64,000 bases of DNA from a virus, in the IMG/VR virus record IMGVR_UViG_3300028581_000020, positions 1 to 64,000 of that record; one strand, 5' to 3'. The notes beneath the pieces were generated by a model. The model did not search any database and was not told the DNA's origin. It saw nothing but the letters and a program-made list of their open reading frames with translations. Each line of letters starts with the position of its first letter. Position 1 is the stretch's first letter. Position numbers and translations under genes: made by a program. Positions 17,629-27,619 of this stretch are shown here, in pieces.

Positions 17629-18279
17629 ATGAGCGCAAAAATTGAAGCTTTGTACGTCGATCATTTAGGCACCGATCTTACGCCCGTAAACGCCGCAAGA
17701 ATCTCATTCGCGAATACAAAACAACTGCTAGACGAATCCGATATTAAGCTTATCAAATATCTAGCAAAACACAAACATCTAAGCCCATTTGAACATTGTC
17801 AATTGACGGCAATTATCAAATGTCCTTTGTATATCCGCTCACAGATTCATCGCCATCGGACTTTTGCGTATAACGAGGTTTCTAGGCGCTATACAGAAAA
17901 GAACATGGAATTCTATGTCCCGGATCTTAATGACATTCGGAAGCAGTCTAAATCAAATAAACAGGCCTCAGAAGGATTAATTTCTGAGGACAAGCTTGCA
18001 ACTTCTGAGTTTCTATTTAAAAAAGCAAACGAGGATTGCCTTGCCATTTATAATACACTTCTGGAAAATGGTGTATGTCGTGAACAAGCTCGCGGTGTTC
18101 TTCCTCAAAATCTCATGACAGAATTTTATATGACGGGAAATCTTAGAAACTGGGCACATTTCCAAAAGCTACGCTTAGGAAAAGACGCACAAAAAGAAGT
18201 CCGGGATGTTGCGGAACAACTCGACGCTATCCTAAAAGACAAGTTCCCAATTAGCTATACAGAATTGATGTCACAATGA
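17629..18279 (+). CDS. thyX: Flavin-dependent thymidylate synthase
   Basis: HLSPFEH, RHRTFAYNEVSRRY, EQARGVLP, AQKEVR. Confidence 0.95.
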   Translation: MSAKIEALYVDHLGTDLTPVNAARISFANTKQLLDESDIKLIKYLAKHKHLSPFEHCQLTAIIKCPLYIRSQIHRHRTFAYNEVSRRYTEKNMEFYVPDLNDIRKQSKSNKQASEGLISEDKLATSEFLFKKANEDCLAIYNTLLENGVCREQARGVLPQNLMTEFYMTGNLRNWAHFQKLRLGKDAQKEVRDVAEQLDAILKDKFPISYTELMSQ

Positions 18280-18515
18280 ATACTCGATCAGAATACATGG
18301 GAAGATACCTGAGACATAAGGATTGGGATAATACATCTAGTTATCATAATGTGCATTGGATTGTATATGACGTTGATCATAGTTTTTTGAAGGTAAGACT
18401 TAGTATTAGCGAGGACTATACAAGCATAATTCCTTATCGGTCTTTAAAAGAAAACAGATGGTATTTTTATAAAGGCGAAGAAATCAGGCAAGAAATAAAG
18501 GATTTACTTAAATGA
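18276..18515 (+). CDS. Small tagged protein (paralog of 19553)
   Basis: LRHKDW. Ends KGEEIRQEIKDLLK*. Confidence 0.85.
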   Translation: MNTRSEYMGRYLRHKDWDNTSSYHNVHWIVYDVDHSFLKVRLSISEDYTSIIPYRSLKENRWYFYKGEEIRQEIKDLLK

Positions 18516-18802
18516 GAATTTTATTAACTGTACTAGTTATTTCATTAATTAGCATTCTATTTCTTTCTTGTTCAACTTCAAAAGAATCTTTATTTTCTTA
18601 TAATCAAACTCAACTACTGGATCTTCAAGAAAGTAGTTTTGTAACTGGCTGTATTGGTGGTTTTATTAATCTATATCAATTGGGAATGTATAAACCTACA
18701 AGCCCAGACGGTCACGCAAATTATGAAAAAATCAAGCTGGGATGTCAACAACAAGGAATTCTTTATCGCCTAGAACTCAGACAATTACACGGTGGTCTAT
18801 GA
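18512..18802 (+). CDS. Putative lipoprotein
   Basis: Signal peptide with lipobox FLSC. Confidence 0.65.
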   Translation: MRILLTVLVISLISILFLSCSTSKESLFSYNQTQLLDLQESSFVTGCIGGFINLYQLGMYKPTSPDGHANYEKIKLGCQQQGILYRLELRQLHGGL

Positions 18803-19512
18803 GCCTTATTGACGAATTTGTAAATGGTTACATTGCCCCTAATGGTGGAGGGAAAGCTGAGCTTTGGGATGAAACTGATGGCTTGTATCCTGGCGCTTCG
18901 CGTCGTGCTATTAACGAAAACTCTATCCTATTCCTTGTCCAACCAGCACTAGAACTTGATCCTGAAGGGAAGGACCCACGTATTGCTAACGCCTATTGCC
19001 GCTTTACAGACGCGGCCACAATTGACACTGGGCTTTATGGACGCTGGCCCGGACATATGCCTGGGAAATACGACTACATTGGACAATCACACGATAACGT
19101 TGTATGCCATTCTATTGGCTCTTGGTTATACAACACAAAACATGCCGCACAAATTTGTGATTATGGAGAAGAGCATTGGTTCTCTTATAATGTAAAAAAG
19201 CTAGGGAAATTCGACATTAAGCAGTGGTTACAGCCGGGAGACTGGGCAATTGTCCGCCTTGCAGCAAAAAGAAATCCTGGACTTATCCCCAGTATTTGGC
19301 TGGCCGTAGGTCTTTCTATCACAAAGAATTGGAATCTGGCTGATGTTCGTGTTCAATTTCTAAATAAGGTAAAAATCCCTTGGTACTATCGCTGGATTAT
19401 TATGTTTGGCGTTCGTCGTTATGAATCTAGAAGCATCCCCAGAGCTATGTGGGTTAAGAGTTTTTATAGAGATGACGGAAACCCCTTCAAAAAGAAACTC
19501 CTCACCGATTAA
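18799..19512 (+). CDS. Hypothetical protein
   Basis: Long ORF; start placed at the ATGA overlap. Confidence 0.7.
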   Translation: MSLIDEFVNGYIAPNGGGKAELWDETDGLYPGASRRAINENSILFLVQPALELDPEGKDPRIANAYCRFTDAATIDTGLYGRWPGHMPGKYDYIGQSHDNVVCHSIGSWLYNTKHAAQICDYGEEHWFSYNVKKLGKFDIKQWLQPGDWAIVRLAAKRNPGLIPSIWLAVGLSITKNWNLADVRVQFLNKVKIPWYYRWIIMFGVRRYESRSIPRAMWVKSFYRDDGNPFKKKLLTD

Positions 19513-19517
19513 ATAAC

Positions 19518-19546
19518 TTGACACACAAACAAGCCTTTGGTATTGT
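19518..19546 (+). promoter_or_regulatory. Sigma70-like promoter, probably for a leaderless transcript
   Basis: TTGACA-N17-TATTGT with TGn. ATG at 19553 has no SD. Confidence 0.65.
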
Positions 19547-19552
19547 GTTTGT

Positions 19553-19795
19553 ATGACGTTTCAAGATCTATACGTAGGTGCCGAACTTAAACATAAAGAT
19601 TGGGTCGGTCCAGCCAAAATATATAATGATGATAGTTGGATTGTTATTAGTTTTCAAACAAATAGAGCCAACGTTCAATTATCGTCAAATCCAAAAATTA
19701 TTTCATATTTCAATAACCAAGATTTCACATACGATGGCTGGTTCATAGTCAAAGCTTATGAAATTAATGAAGAAATTAAAGACCTTCTAAAATAA
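19553..19795 (+). CDS. Small tagged protein
   Basis: LKHKDW. Ends KAYEINEEIKDLLK*. Confidence 0.85.
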   Translation: MTFQDLYVGAELKHKDWVGPAKIYNDDSWIVISFQTNRANVQLSSNPKIISYFNNQDFTYDGWFIVKAYEINEEIKDLLK

Positions 19796-19805
19796 AGGAG
19801 ATAAT

Positions 19806-20027
19806 ATGTCAAAAAATAAATCAGAACCCATAAAGCTTGTAGAAATGCCTCATATTGCAATTTCTGTAGTCAAAAACGAGGAGGGTAAATGGGTACTTGT
19901 CGAAGTTGCATTTGATCTCGTTACCGGAAAGGCCGAGGTGCGACATGTCACTAATACCGGGGAAAGTGGGAGAGACTTTGGTATTGATGCCTTTAAGAAA
20001 GCCGCATCGGAGCATAATTTTGTATGA
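19806..20027 (+). CDS. Hypothetical protein
   Basis: AAGGAG SD. Confidence 0.75.
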   Translation: MSKNKSEPIKLVEMPHIAISVVKNEEGKWVLVEVAFDLVTGKAEVRHVTNTGESGRDFGIDAFKKAASEHNFV

Positions 20028-20206
20028 ATGTGATTTTAGGAATTGTTACGTTCCTTCTTCTAGAAGTTGCATTGTATTTGACAATTGGGAGTTTATTGCT
20101 TAGTATTTCCCCAATGCACGCGTATGTAATTGGCGGACTTTTAATCCTACGCCTTGTTACTGGATTTTTTGTTAAAAAAGATTTAAAATTGGAGCAAAAG
20201 AAATGA
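20024..20206 (+). CDS. Small 2-TM membrane protein
   Basis: Two hydrophobic segments, coupled. Confidence 0.7.
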   Translation: MNVILGIVTFLLLEVALYLTIGSLLLSISPMHAYVIGGLLILRLVTGFFVKKDLKLEQKK

Positions 20207-20949
20207 AAAAGTATTTGATGCTTCTAGCCCTAACGGCCTGCGGTCCTTTTGTTGTTCCTCTTTTTAAAGGCGACAAGGGATCTGCCGGTAAAGACGGCGC
20301 TTCCGGTGTTCAGGGTGAAAAGGGTGATCGGGGCGAAGTCGGTCCTCGTGGCATGGACGGATATTCTATTGTATCCCGTAGCGAAGCTGCTAGCCTTGTA
20401 GATTGTCCTGCAGGCGGGAATACTGTAGTCCTCGCCCAAGATCGTGATTATGATGGCGTTTTTACCGATGCGGATCTTCAGTATTCTGTATCGAGTTTTG
20501 TTGCTTGTAATGGCCTTATTGGTGCTCAGGGTCCTCAAGGCCTGGCAGGGAATCCTGGTCAAGATGGAGTAAACGGACAGGACGGCGCTCAAGGGCCTCA
20601 GGGTATTCCCGGCACGTCTTCGGTACTTGTCGGGGTCGGAAACATGGCCGTATGTAGTCACTCATGGATGCTTTTCTCGGATGGCCGACTGATTCTAAAC
20701 GAAAGCTCGGCATCAGCGTCTTCTGGTAATAACCTGGGAACTTGGTATATCCCATATGACACGGCGTTTAATCTAGCTATTGGTGGAAATACAACGTGTA
20801 GCAATATGCGATATCGTCTCAATACAAACCTTGAACGAATCCTTCGTTACGATAACGGGTGTTTCTTGCTTGAAAGTTTGAATGGTGATAATAACTGGGC
20901 AAACGAGACGGCTCTTCCCCTAACCGATTCTCGGTGTAACACACTATGA
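20203..20949 (+). CDS. Collagen-repeat lipoprotein
   Basis: Lipobox LTAC. Two Gly-X-Y blocks flank CPAGG...DRDYDG...CNG. Confidence 0.8.
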   Translation: MKKYLMLLALTACGPFVVPLFKGDKGSAGKDGASGVQGEKGDRGEVGPRGMDGYSIVSRSEAASLVDCPAGGNTVVLAQDRDYDGVFTDADLQYSVSSFVACNGLIGAQGPQGLAGNPGQDGVNGQDGAQGPQGIPGTSSVLVGVGNMAVCSHSWMLFSDGRLILNESSASASSGNNLGTWYIPYDTAFNLAIGGNTTCSNMRYRLNTNLERILRYDNGCFLLESLNGDNNWANETALPLTDSRCNTL

Positions 20950-22055
20950 AAAAATTACCTGTAAGCCTATTGTTTATTAGTTGTTTATCAAATGCACAAA
21001 CACTCCTAGACGGTGGAAATTCTACAGGATATCCACTAATTATGGGAACAAATGATAATAATCCGGTAAATATTATAACCAACAGTATAAATCGAATCTC
21101 TATATTATCAGGAGGACAAGTTGGAATTGGTAATAACTCCCCCACAGATAATGGGCTATCTTTATATAAAACAATCGACGGAAATTCTACTTGGAGTAAT
21201 TTAGACGCAGTTCTTGTTGTCAACTCTTCAGGAACCGGCTCGTATCATCAAGGACAATATGTTGGCGTTCGAGCAAATCATCCTTCAGGAACTTTAGACT
21301 TATTGCGAAACTATAATACGTGTGAAATGACTGGCGACGGCGTTCTCACTGAGTGCTATGGGAATCGAGCGATTACTAGACTGTTCGATTATAATGCAGG
21401 CGGCAATGATACGACAGAAGGCACGATTGTCAATGGATTTGGCCTAGAAGCCTATGTCGGGACTAATACTATCAGCACTGGTAAAATTCGCAATGCAACA
21501 GGAATTTATATTTCCCGCGCTCACGCGACCGGCGATGATCCCGGAAGCGATCATAAAGCTGTCGGTCTTAGAATTGATAATATTGTCGCCTCCGGAGGAG
21601 ATAATAATCAAGCGCTATCTATTTGGTCAAATACAACGGCGCTGTCGGTTTTCAATGGACCAATTCAAACCCCTAATCTTCTTCCGGTATCTGCGTTTAG
21701 TGGAAGCGTTGGAACCTTCGATACACCATACGACAGCATTTACGCTGGAGGGTTTAAAGCAAAAGTAAACGGATACGAGTTCGCCATTTATCCCGGAAAT
21801 ATGAATCAGAATATGCGTTGGTTCATGCCAACAAGTCACGGGACGGCAGGACAGGCCTGGGTAGAAGACGGAACCGGAGTAATCGAGCCTGGATCAGTTA
21901 GCGACGTACAAATTAAAACCCCGAGCACGCAGCCAACCTGTACTAGCCAATTGAGAGGAAAAGTGTGGAATGTTGAAGGCGGTTCTGGAGTTGCGGATCA
22001 ACCTCAAATGTGTATTAAAAATTCCTCAGATATTTACGTTTGGTACAACTTATAA
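20946..22055 (+). CDS. Exported fibre/adhesin-like protein
   Basis: Signal peptide (SNA-Q), then a GGNS...GTNDNN...ILSGGQVGIG fibre-type segment. Confidence 0.6.
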   Translation: MKKLPVSLLFISCLSNAQTLLDGGNSTGYPLIMGTNDNNPVNIITNSINRISILSGGQVGIGNNSPTDNGLSLYKTIDGNSTWSNLDAVLVVNSSGTGSYHQGQYVGVRANHPSGTLDLLRNYNTCEMTGDGVLTECYGNRAITRLFDYNAGGNDTTEGTIVNGFGLEAYVGTNTISTGKIRNATGIYISRAHATGDDPGSDHKAVGLRIDNIVASGGDNNQALSIWSNTTALSVFNGPIQTPNLLPVSAFSGSVGTFDTPYDSIYAGGFKAKVNGYEFAIYPGNMNQNMRWFMPTSHGTAGQAWVEDGTGVIEPGSVSDVQIKTPSTQPTCTSQLRGKVWNVEGGSGVADQPQMCIKNSSDIYVWYNL

Positions 22056-22061
22056 ATTGTA

Positions 22062-22090
22062 TTGACAGTAGAAAAAAACTCGTGTACTGT
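22062..22090 (+). promoter_or_regulatory. Sigma70-like promoter
   Basis: TTGACA-N17-TACTGT in an intergenic gap. Confidence 0.55.
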
Positions 22091-22128
22091 AATAAAACAC
22101 CAACAATTAAAAAGGAAATTATAATAAA

Positions 22129-22668
22129 ATGAACAGCTCACCAAGCGTTACGAAAATTGCCGCTGCCCTTCTCAAAGCTCAGAAAGAAATGGGCGACGCA
22201 TCAAAAGGTTCGAAAAATCCCTTCTTCAAATCAAGCTATGCAGATCTAAACTCCGTACGAGAAGCTGTTACCCCGGCGCTCAATGCGAACGGAATCACGG
22301 TTCTCCAACCCATGGTGGCTCGTGAAGGAAAGCAATTTGTACAGACTCTCCTTCTCCACGAAAGTGGCGAATGGTTCTCTTCGGAAACGGAAGTTGTTTG
22401 CGCAAAACAAAATGATCCTCAAGCGGCAGGAAGCGGCATTTCATATGCTCGACGTTACGGTCTTCAGTCCTTCCTATCAGTAGGTGCCGTTGACGATGAC
22501 GGAGAAAGCGCTATGGCTCGCCCCCAAAAGACCTGGGCTAAGCCTGCCGAGAAAGAAGAACCTAAGTGGCCTGAAACTGTTCCCGCAGCAAAAGAAGAAG
22601 CTCCCAAGCCTTCAAGCTCGTTCCGTAAACCCCCGGCTAAGAAAGAATCAGAAAGTGAGTGGTCATGA
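22129..22668 (+). CDS. erf: ERF-family single-strand annealing protein
   Basis: NPFFKSSYADL, LLHESGEW, PQAAGSGISYARRYGL, DDDGE. Confidence 0.9.
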   Translation: MNSSPSVTKIAAALLKAQKEMGDASKGSKNPFFKSSYADLNSVREAVTPALNANGITVLQPMVAREGKQFVQTLLLHESGEWFSSETEVVCAKQNDPQAAGSGISYARRYGLQSFLSVGAVDDDGESAMARPQKTWAKPAEKEEPKWPETVPAAKEEAPKPSSSFRKPPAKKESESEWS

Positions 22669-23063
22669 GCGAACAAGAAGTCCTCGATCCTAAAGAAGTA
22701 GAACAACAACTTCTTAATGAACAAAGCCAGCCCCAAGTATCGGATGATCCCGAAGAGATGGCGGCAACACTATTCACTCTGTATCGTCCTCGTTACGATG
22801 CTCTGGTTAACAACTTGTCGTCAAATGCTATGCGCCGTCTTCTAAAGAAAATGGTGGTCTTTCCGCTAAACGAAAAGGAAATGAAGTCTACCTCCAAAGA
22901 AGAGAATGAGGCCTTCGCAATTTCTCAACGACTTCTTGAGGCTAAATATGTAATGATTATGTCCACATATCAAAAGGCCGCAGAAGAAGCGTACAAAAAA
23001 CAACAAGAAACCGAACAAGTTAAAACACAAGAAGAAACCCAAAAGGAGAATGAAAATGGCTAA
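22665..23063 (+). CDS. Hypothetical protein
   Basis: ATGA overlap with erf. Confidence 0.7.
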   Translation: MSEQEVLDPKEVEQQLLNEQSQPQVSDDPEEMAATLFTLYRPRYDALVNNLSSNAMRRLLKKMVVFPLNEKEMKSTSKEENEAFAISQRLLEAKYVMIMSTYQKAAEEAYKKQQETEQVKTQEETQKENENG

Positions 23064-23325
23064 GTGGAAACGTCGCACTATTGGTAGTGTTGTTAAGTCT
23101 AAGGAAGCTGGAGAACCTGATTATATTAAGATTGGTGATGATGTCGTTCTCAAAAAAGGCGACACTCTTCGTCTAGAATCAAAAGCCGCACAACTTCGTA
23201 ATCTAGAAGAAGGCGTTCAAGCTGGAAGGCTGGGCGAAGAAACTGCCTCAAAGATTCGAGAACGCCTAGATCGGTTTCCTGAATGGGTACGTTTTGAAAT
23301 TGTTCAGCTAACTAAACAGCAATAG
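23056..23325 (+). CDS. Hypothetical protein
   Basis: AAGGAG SD. Confidence 0.7.
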   Translation: MAKWKRRTIGSVVKSKEAGEPDYIKIGDDVVLKKGDTLRLESKAAQLRNLEEGVQAGRLGEETASKIRERLDRFPEWVRFEIVQLTKQQ

Positions 23326-23333
23326 TTCTATTC

Positions 23334-23374
23334 GGCCCTTTGACAGACTTTATGATCTGTTTTAGGGCCTTTTT
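23334..23374 (+). terminator. Intrinsic terminator-like hairpin
   Basis: GGCCCT..ACAGA-loop-TCTGT..AGGGCC followed by TTTTT. Confidence 0.6.
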
Positions 23375-23379
23375 GTATC

Positions 23380-23502
23380 ATGAATAAGCTGCTAGTATTT
23401 TTGTGGGTATTATGGGTCTTCCCTTGGTTATTACTTATATTATTATATTGCACTATTGAGGCTTTCTTTTTTCCAGAGTTTAAATCTTATAAGAGGTATT
23501 AA
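23380..23502 (+). CDS. 40-aa membrane peptide (not in ORF track)
   Basis: MNKLLVFLWVLWVFPWLLLILLYC...KRY*. Abuts the primase ATG. Confidence 0.55.
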   Translation: MNKLLVFLWVLWVFPWLLLILLYCTIEAFFFPEFKSYKRY

Positions 23503-25437
23503 ATGAGATATGTTCGACTCACTACAAACTTCGCCGATAAAGGGAAGCTAGTTCCGCATGACAAAGTTTGGGACTTTATTAAAAATGATAAAGAACATTA
23601 CGTAAGCACTTATTATTATAATGATAAGCACTTTGAACAATTTCAAAAGACCGGCAGTGTCAAAGGAATTCGTGACGTTGTTGCCGATAAAATTTGGTTT
23701 GACTTTGATAACAAAGAAAATCCGGCCCTTGCCCAAGCTGACTGTCTCACAGTTGTTGAACGTCTTAAACGTCAAGGAATTCCCGACTCTGACATTCAAG
23801 TTTTCTTTTCGGGACAAAAAGGCAATAACATCGTAGTCGATACAAAACAAACACTGACCCCCGAAGAAGTCGCTCGTGTGACAGAAAAACTAGCGGGAGA
23901 TCTTAAAACGTTTGACTTGTCTCTGTATGACGCTTCGCAAATTATGCGTGTTCCAGGAACAAAGCATCAGGCTTCCGGCCTATATAAAATTCCGCTTACA
24001 ATTCCCCAACTTACAAAGGATATCTCTCAAATTAGGGAAATGGCAAAGGATCTTTCGAATGTTGGAGATTTTCAATGGGGAAGAGCTAGTTTGCCTCCAG
24101 ACCTTCTAAAAGCTCCTCCAGCTAAAAAGAATACCCCAGCAGCGCAAATGCCTGTTGTTGGACCTTCGAATCCTCCGTATGGCTGGAAAGCGTATAAATG
24201 GGCATTAGTACAAGGGAACTTCGAATCCGGCGAACGGCATAACGCCTTGATGGTTGTTGCCGCTACATGTCGTGGTTTGGGATATGACAAAAATACCACT
24301 TATTATATCTGCAAAACCGCTATTAAGAACCAAGCGGCTATCTCTGGCGCAGACGAATTCCCTAAAGAAGAGCTATTTAAAAACATCATCGAGGAGTCTG
24401 TATTCTCCGATGGCTGGGAAGGTGGGTCTTATTCGCCTAAAACTAACCCATGGCTTCGTAAATATTGCGAGCGAATGGGGTTTAAATGGGAAGATGACAT
24501 TGAAGAAAATCCTTGTGTATCCCTTGATGACATGACACAAACGTTCTCAAGCTACGCACAAAACTTCGAACAAAATATTATTAAGACCGGACTTGTTGAG
24601 CTTGATAATAACCTTATCCTTTCAACATCAACTCTTAACGGACTTCTTGGGCAGCCCGGAGCAGGTAAAACCTCCGTGTGTTTAAACATCCTTCGGCACA
24701 CGGCAAAAAATAATATTCCGTCTATCTTCTTTAGTCTTGATATGGGCCTTCCCCTCATCTACTCAAAACTTGTACAAAAGGAAACCGGATACGATTTTAA
24801 GCGCGCAATGGACGTTTATAGAAACAATTCCGATCTACGGGAAAAAGTCTCTCAAAAAATTAAAGAAGATTATAAGAATGTTTCTTTTAATTTTAAATCC
24901 GGAGTGACGGTCGCTGATATTAAAAAGATTAAGCGAGCACAAGAAGAACTATCAGGCAAGAAGATTCGTCTCTGTGTCATCGATTATTTGGAATGTATTG
25001 CTAGTCCGTTCTCTGATGCCACAGCCGGAGCAGCTTTCATTGCTAATCAATTAAAAGATCTTGCCAATGAAGAAGAAATGTGTGTATTGCTCCTTCTTCA
25101 AACGCAGAAACACTCTACCGCTGATATTTCAGATCCTTTGCTTTCTATGAAGCAAATTAAGGGATCGAGTGTTATTGAACAAGCGTGCTCGACGATTTTA
25201 ACTCTATGGAGAGAAGGATATTCACCCAAGACCGTCAATGACGATAGGTATTTATCTTTTGCTGTTGTAAAAAATCGCTTTGGAAGTCTTTGGAGCGGCG
25301 ATTTTTCTTGGAATGGCGTCACAGGTGATGTATCATCTCTAACACAGGAACAAGTTATTCAACTAGACGATTTTAAGCAGCGTAAATTCGAAGCTAAAAT
25401 GAAGCTTGAGAAGGAAAGCAAGGCCCAATGGGATTGA
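23503..25437 (+). CDS. Primase-helicase (AEP-type primase plus DnaB-like helicase)
   Basis: WFDFD, FSGQKG, RVPGT, GERHNAL; Walker A GQPGAGKT, VIDYLE, VVKNRFG. Confidence 0.9.
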   Translation: MRYVRLTTNFADKGKLVPHDKVWDFIKNDKEHYVSTYYYNDKHFEQFQKTGSVKGIRDVVADKIWFDFDNKENPALAQADCLTVVERLKRQGIPDSDIQVFFSGQKGNNIVVDTKQTLTPEEVARVTEKLAGDLKTFDLSLYDASQIMRVPGTKHQASGLYKIPLTIPQLTKDISQIREMAKDLSNVGDFQWGRASLPPDLLKAPPAKKNTPAAQMPVVGPSNPPYGWKAYKWALVQGNFESGERHNALMVVAATCRGLGYDKNTTYYICKTAIKNQAAISGADEFPKEELFKNIIEESVFSDGWEGGSYSPKTNPWLRKYCERMGFKWEDDIEENPCVSLDDMTQTFSSYAQNFEQNIIKTGLVELDNNLILSTSTLNGLLGQPGAGKTSVCLNILRHTAKNNIPSIFFSLDMGLPLIYSKLVQKETGYDFKRAMDVYRNNSDLREKVSQKIKEDYKNVSFNFKSGVTVADIKKIKRAQEELSGKKIRLCVIDYLECIASPFSDATAGAAFIANQLKDLANEEEMCVLLLLQTQKHSTADISDPLLSMKQIKGSSVIEQACSTILTLWREGYSPKTVNDDRYLSFAVVKNRFGSLWSGDFSWNGVTGDVSSLTQEQVIQLDDFKQRKFEAKMKLEKESKAQWD

Positions 25438-25459
25438 GAGTGTTTAAAGTCCTTCGGGA

Positions 25460-25825
25460 GTGAAAATGATGATTATCGAATGGTTTGTTGTTTTATTGGC
25501 GTTTGTTGTTTATTTATTCATTGGATTTATTGTAAGCCGCTGGCATATTAAAAGTCTTATTATTAATCAGTTTAAAAAACTTGAAAATATAAACGAGAGG
25601 CGAGAATTTAAAAAATGGACAGCAATTAAGGTTGATACTGAGTTAGATGACGCACTAACGCCAGTTCGAATTGTAATTTGGCCATTCTATGTGGTGTGTC
25701 AATTATTTTTTTGGGTTCCTGCTGTCATTAAATTTTTCGATAATATGTTAGTTGATAATATTCAAAAGAATCTACATATTAAAGAAGATGAGGTTCAAGA
25801 AGAAGTCAAGGGGCTTTTGAAATGA
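25460..25825 (+). CDS. Tagged membrane protein (2 TM)
   Basis: Hydrophobic segments. Ends KEDEVQEEVKGLLK*. Confidence 0.8.
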   Translation: MKMMIIEWFVVLLAFVVYLFIGFIVSRWHIKSLIINQFKKLENINERREFKKWTAIKVDTELDDALTPVRIVIWPFYVVCQLFFWVPAVIKFFDNMLVDNIQKNLHIKEDEVQEEVKGLLK

Positions 25826-26082
25826 AGCAAAGAAAGCACATAGTAGTTGGTGGAAGGTATTTAAACACGGGTATCTTCGATGATGGTTATTTTTTTCATC
25901 ATGTCGAAGTTGAAGGGTTTTCTGGTAATGTCATCATTGGTAAATATTATTACGGTGATTCATTAAAGAATTCTTCATTTACAAACGTAACGCACTTAGA
26001 CTTTAATGATGAAGATCTTGATGCTCTCGTTTCCATGAAAGCTTTAGAAATTGATATTGAAGTGAAGGATCTTCTAAAATGA
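25822..26082 (+). CDS. Small tagged protein
   Basis: Ends KALEIDIEVKDLLK*. Confidence 0.85.
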   Translation: MKQRKHIVVGGRYLNTGIFDDGYFFHHVEVEGFSGNVIIGKYYYGDSLKNSSFTNVTHLDFNDEDLDALVSMKALEIDIEVKDLLK

Positions 26083-26114
26083 TTTCACTAACGTTCAATC
26101 GAGCTTCGCAATGA
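26079..26114 (+). other. 11-codon relay micro-ORF MISLTFNRASQ
   Basis: ATGA overlaps at both ends. Near-twin of 6967-7002. Confidence 0.6.
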
Positions 26115-27619
26115 CCGACAGAATTATTTACGGCAAAGCGCCAGAAGAAAAAATTGTCAGTATAGAAATCAAAGACGACGCTGCCACTCTCTTCATTCAA
26201 AAAGACGATGGTAATGTCACGATCAAGGAAGTTCCTAATCGCTATTGGATACTTTCCTCACAGCCGCTCGGAAAGGGCTGGTCAACACTTAAAGGTGATC
26301 TCCACTACAAATACGGAAAGCAATATCTCTCTCGAAATGCCTTCTCAAAAGAACGCTCCTATTTCAAGAAATCAAATTTAGATATCTTCTCGATTTGGAA
26401 TCCCAAAGAAGCCTTTATGGTGAAAGATGGCTATACGTATCTCAAAGGCTTAAAGCACAACGAAGTTACCTGCCTGTCCTTCGACATTGAAACGACAAGC
26501 ATTGACCATACAGATGACGCAAAACTCCTGCTAATCTCTAATACGGGGAGAAAGAACGGCGTTCTAACTCGCAAGCTTTTCTCGTATGACGATTATCAAT
26601 CTGAAGGCGCGATGATTGAGGATTGGTGCAAATGGGTAAGAGAATACGATCCCTCCCTACTAATCGGTCATAACATCGTATGCTTCGATTTGCCGTATAT
26701 CCAGTTTATCGCTGATCGCGAAAACGTCTCTGTCGATTTGGGAAGAAACGGCTCCTCGGTTGAATTTGACCGGACAGAATCCAAATTCAGGAAAGACGGA
26801 TCGCAACATCTCGACTATTTCAAAGCTCATGTCTATGGTCGCGAAATTATCGATACCATGTTCCTTGCTTATAAATACGATGCAGCTTCTCGTAAATATG
26901 AAAGCTATGGACTAAAGAACATTATTAAACAAGAAGGCTGGGAACAAGAAGGTCGTGTCTTTTACGACGCTTCCCAAATTCGTCATAATTATAAAGATCC
27001 CGTTGAATGGGAAAAGATTAAGCAGTATTGCGAATTTGACGCTGATGATAGTTTGAAATTGTATGACAAAATGATTGCGCCATTTTTCTATATGACGCAA
27101 AGCATTCCTAAGCCCTTCCAATTGATTATTGAATCCGCAACAGGATCTCAGATTAATGCGATGATGATTCGAAGCTATCTACAAGAAGGGCATTCGTTAC
27201 CTAAAGCCGATGAAATGGCAGCGTTTACTGGCGCACATTCCGGGGGTATTCCTGGGGTATATAAAAACTGTATTAAATGGGACGTGGCCAGCCTTTATCC
27301 TAGTATCATGATCGAATATAAAGTTTATAATCCAAAGAAAGATCCACAAGGGAACTTCTTAAAGCTGGTTGAAATATTTACAGAAGAACGACTTAAAAAC
27401 AAGAAACTATTTAAAGAAACCCAAGATCCTTACTACGACGATTTACAAGCCGCCCAGAAGACGGCTATAAATTCCATGTATGGCTTCATGGGCGCAACCG
27501 GACTACTTTTTAATAGCTTAGAACACGCGGCGTTTGTTACGACAAAAGGTCGAGAAATACTAGAAGCTGCTGTTAAATGGGCAACTGGAAAGGAATTGAA
27601 TTCATATGTCCAACCATGA
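26111..27619 (+). CDS. Family B DNA polymerase, N-terminal part (exonuclease plus motifs A and B)
   Basis: FDIET, GHNIVCFD, YCEFDA, DVASLYPS, KTAINSMYG. Confidence 0.9.
   Translation: MTDRIIYGKAPEEKIVSIEIKDDAATLFIQKDDGNVTIKEVPNRYWILSSQPLGKGWSTLKGDLHYKYGKQYLSRNAFSKERSYFKKSNLDIFSIWNPKEAFMVKDGYTYLKGLKHNEVTCLSFDIETTSIDHTDDAKLLLISNTGRKNGVLTRKLFSYDDYQSEGAMIEDWCKWVREYDPSLLIGHNIVCFDLPYIQFIADRENVSVDLGRNGSSVEFDRTESKFRKDGSQHLDYFKAHVYGREIIDTMFLAYKYDAASRKYESYGLKNIIKQEGWEQEGRVFYDASQIRHNYKDPVEWEKIKQYCEFDADDSLKLYDKMIAPFFYMTQSIPKPFQLIIESATGSQINAMMIRSYLQEGHSLPKADEMAAFTGAHSGGIPGVYKNCIKWDVASLYPSIMIEYKVYNPKKDPQGNFLKLVEIFTEERLKNKKLFKETQDPYYDDLQAAQKTAINSMYGFMGATGLLFNSLEHAAFVTTKGREILEAAVKWATGKELNSYVQP

Noticed and set aside
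25434-25463. Possible TTG micro-ORF (MRVFKVLRE) and a C-UUCG-G mini hairpin
   Set aside because: Only a 3-bp stem and a single weak instance.
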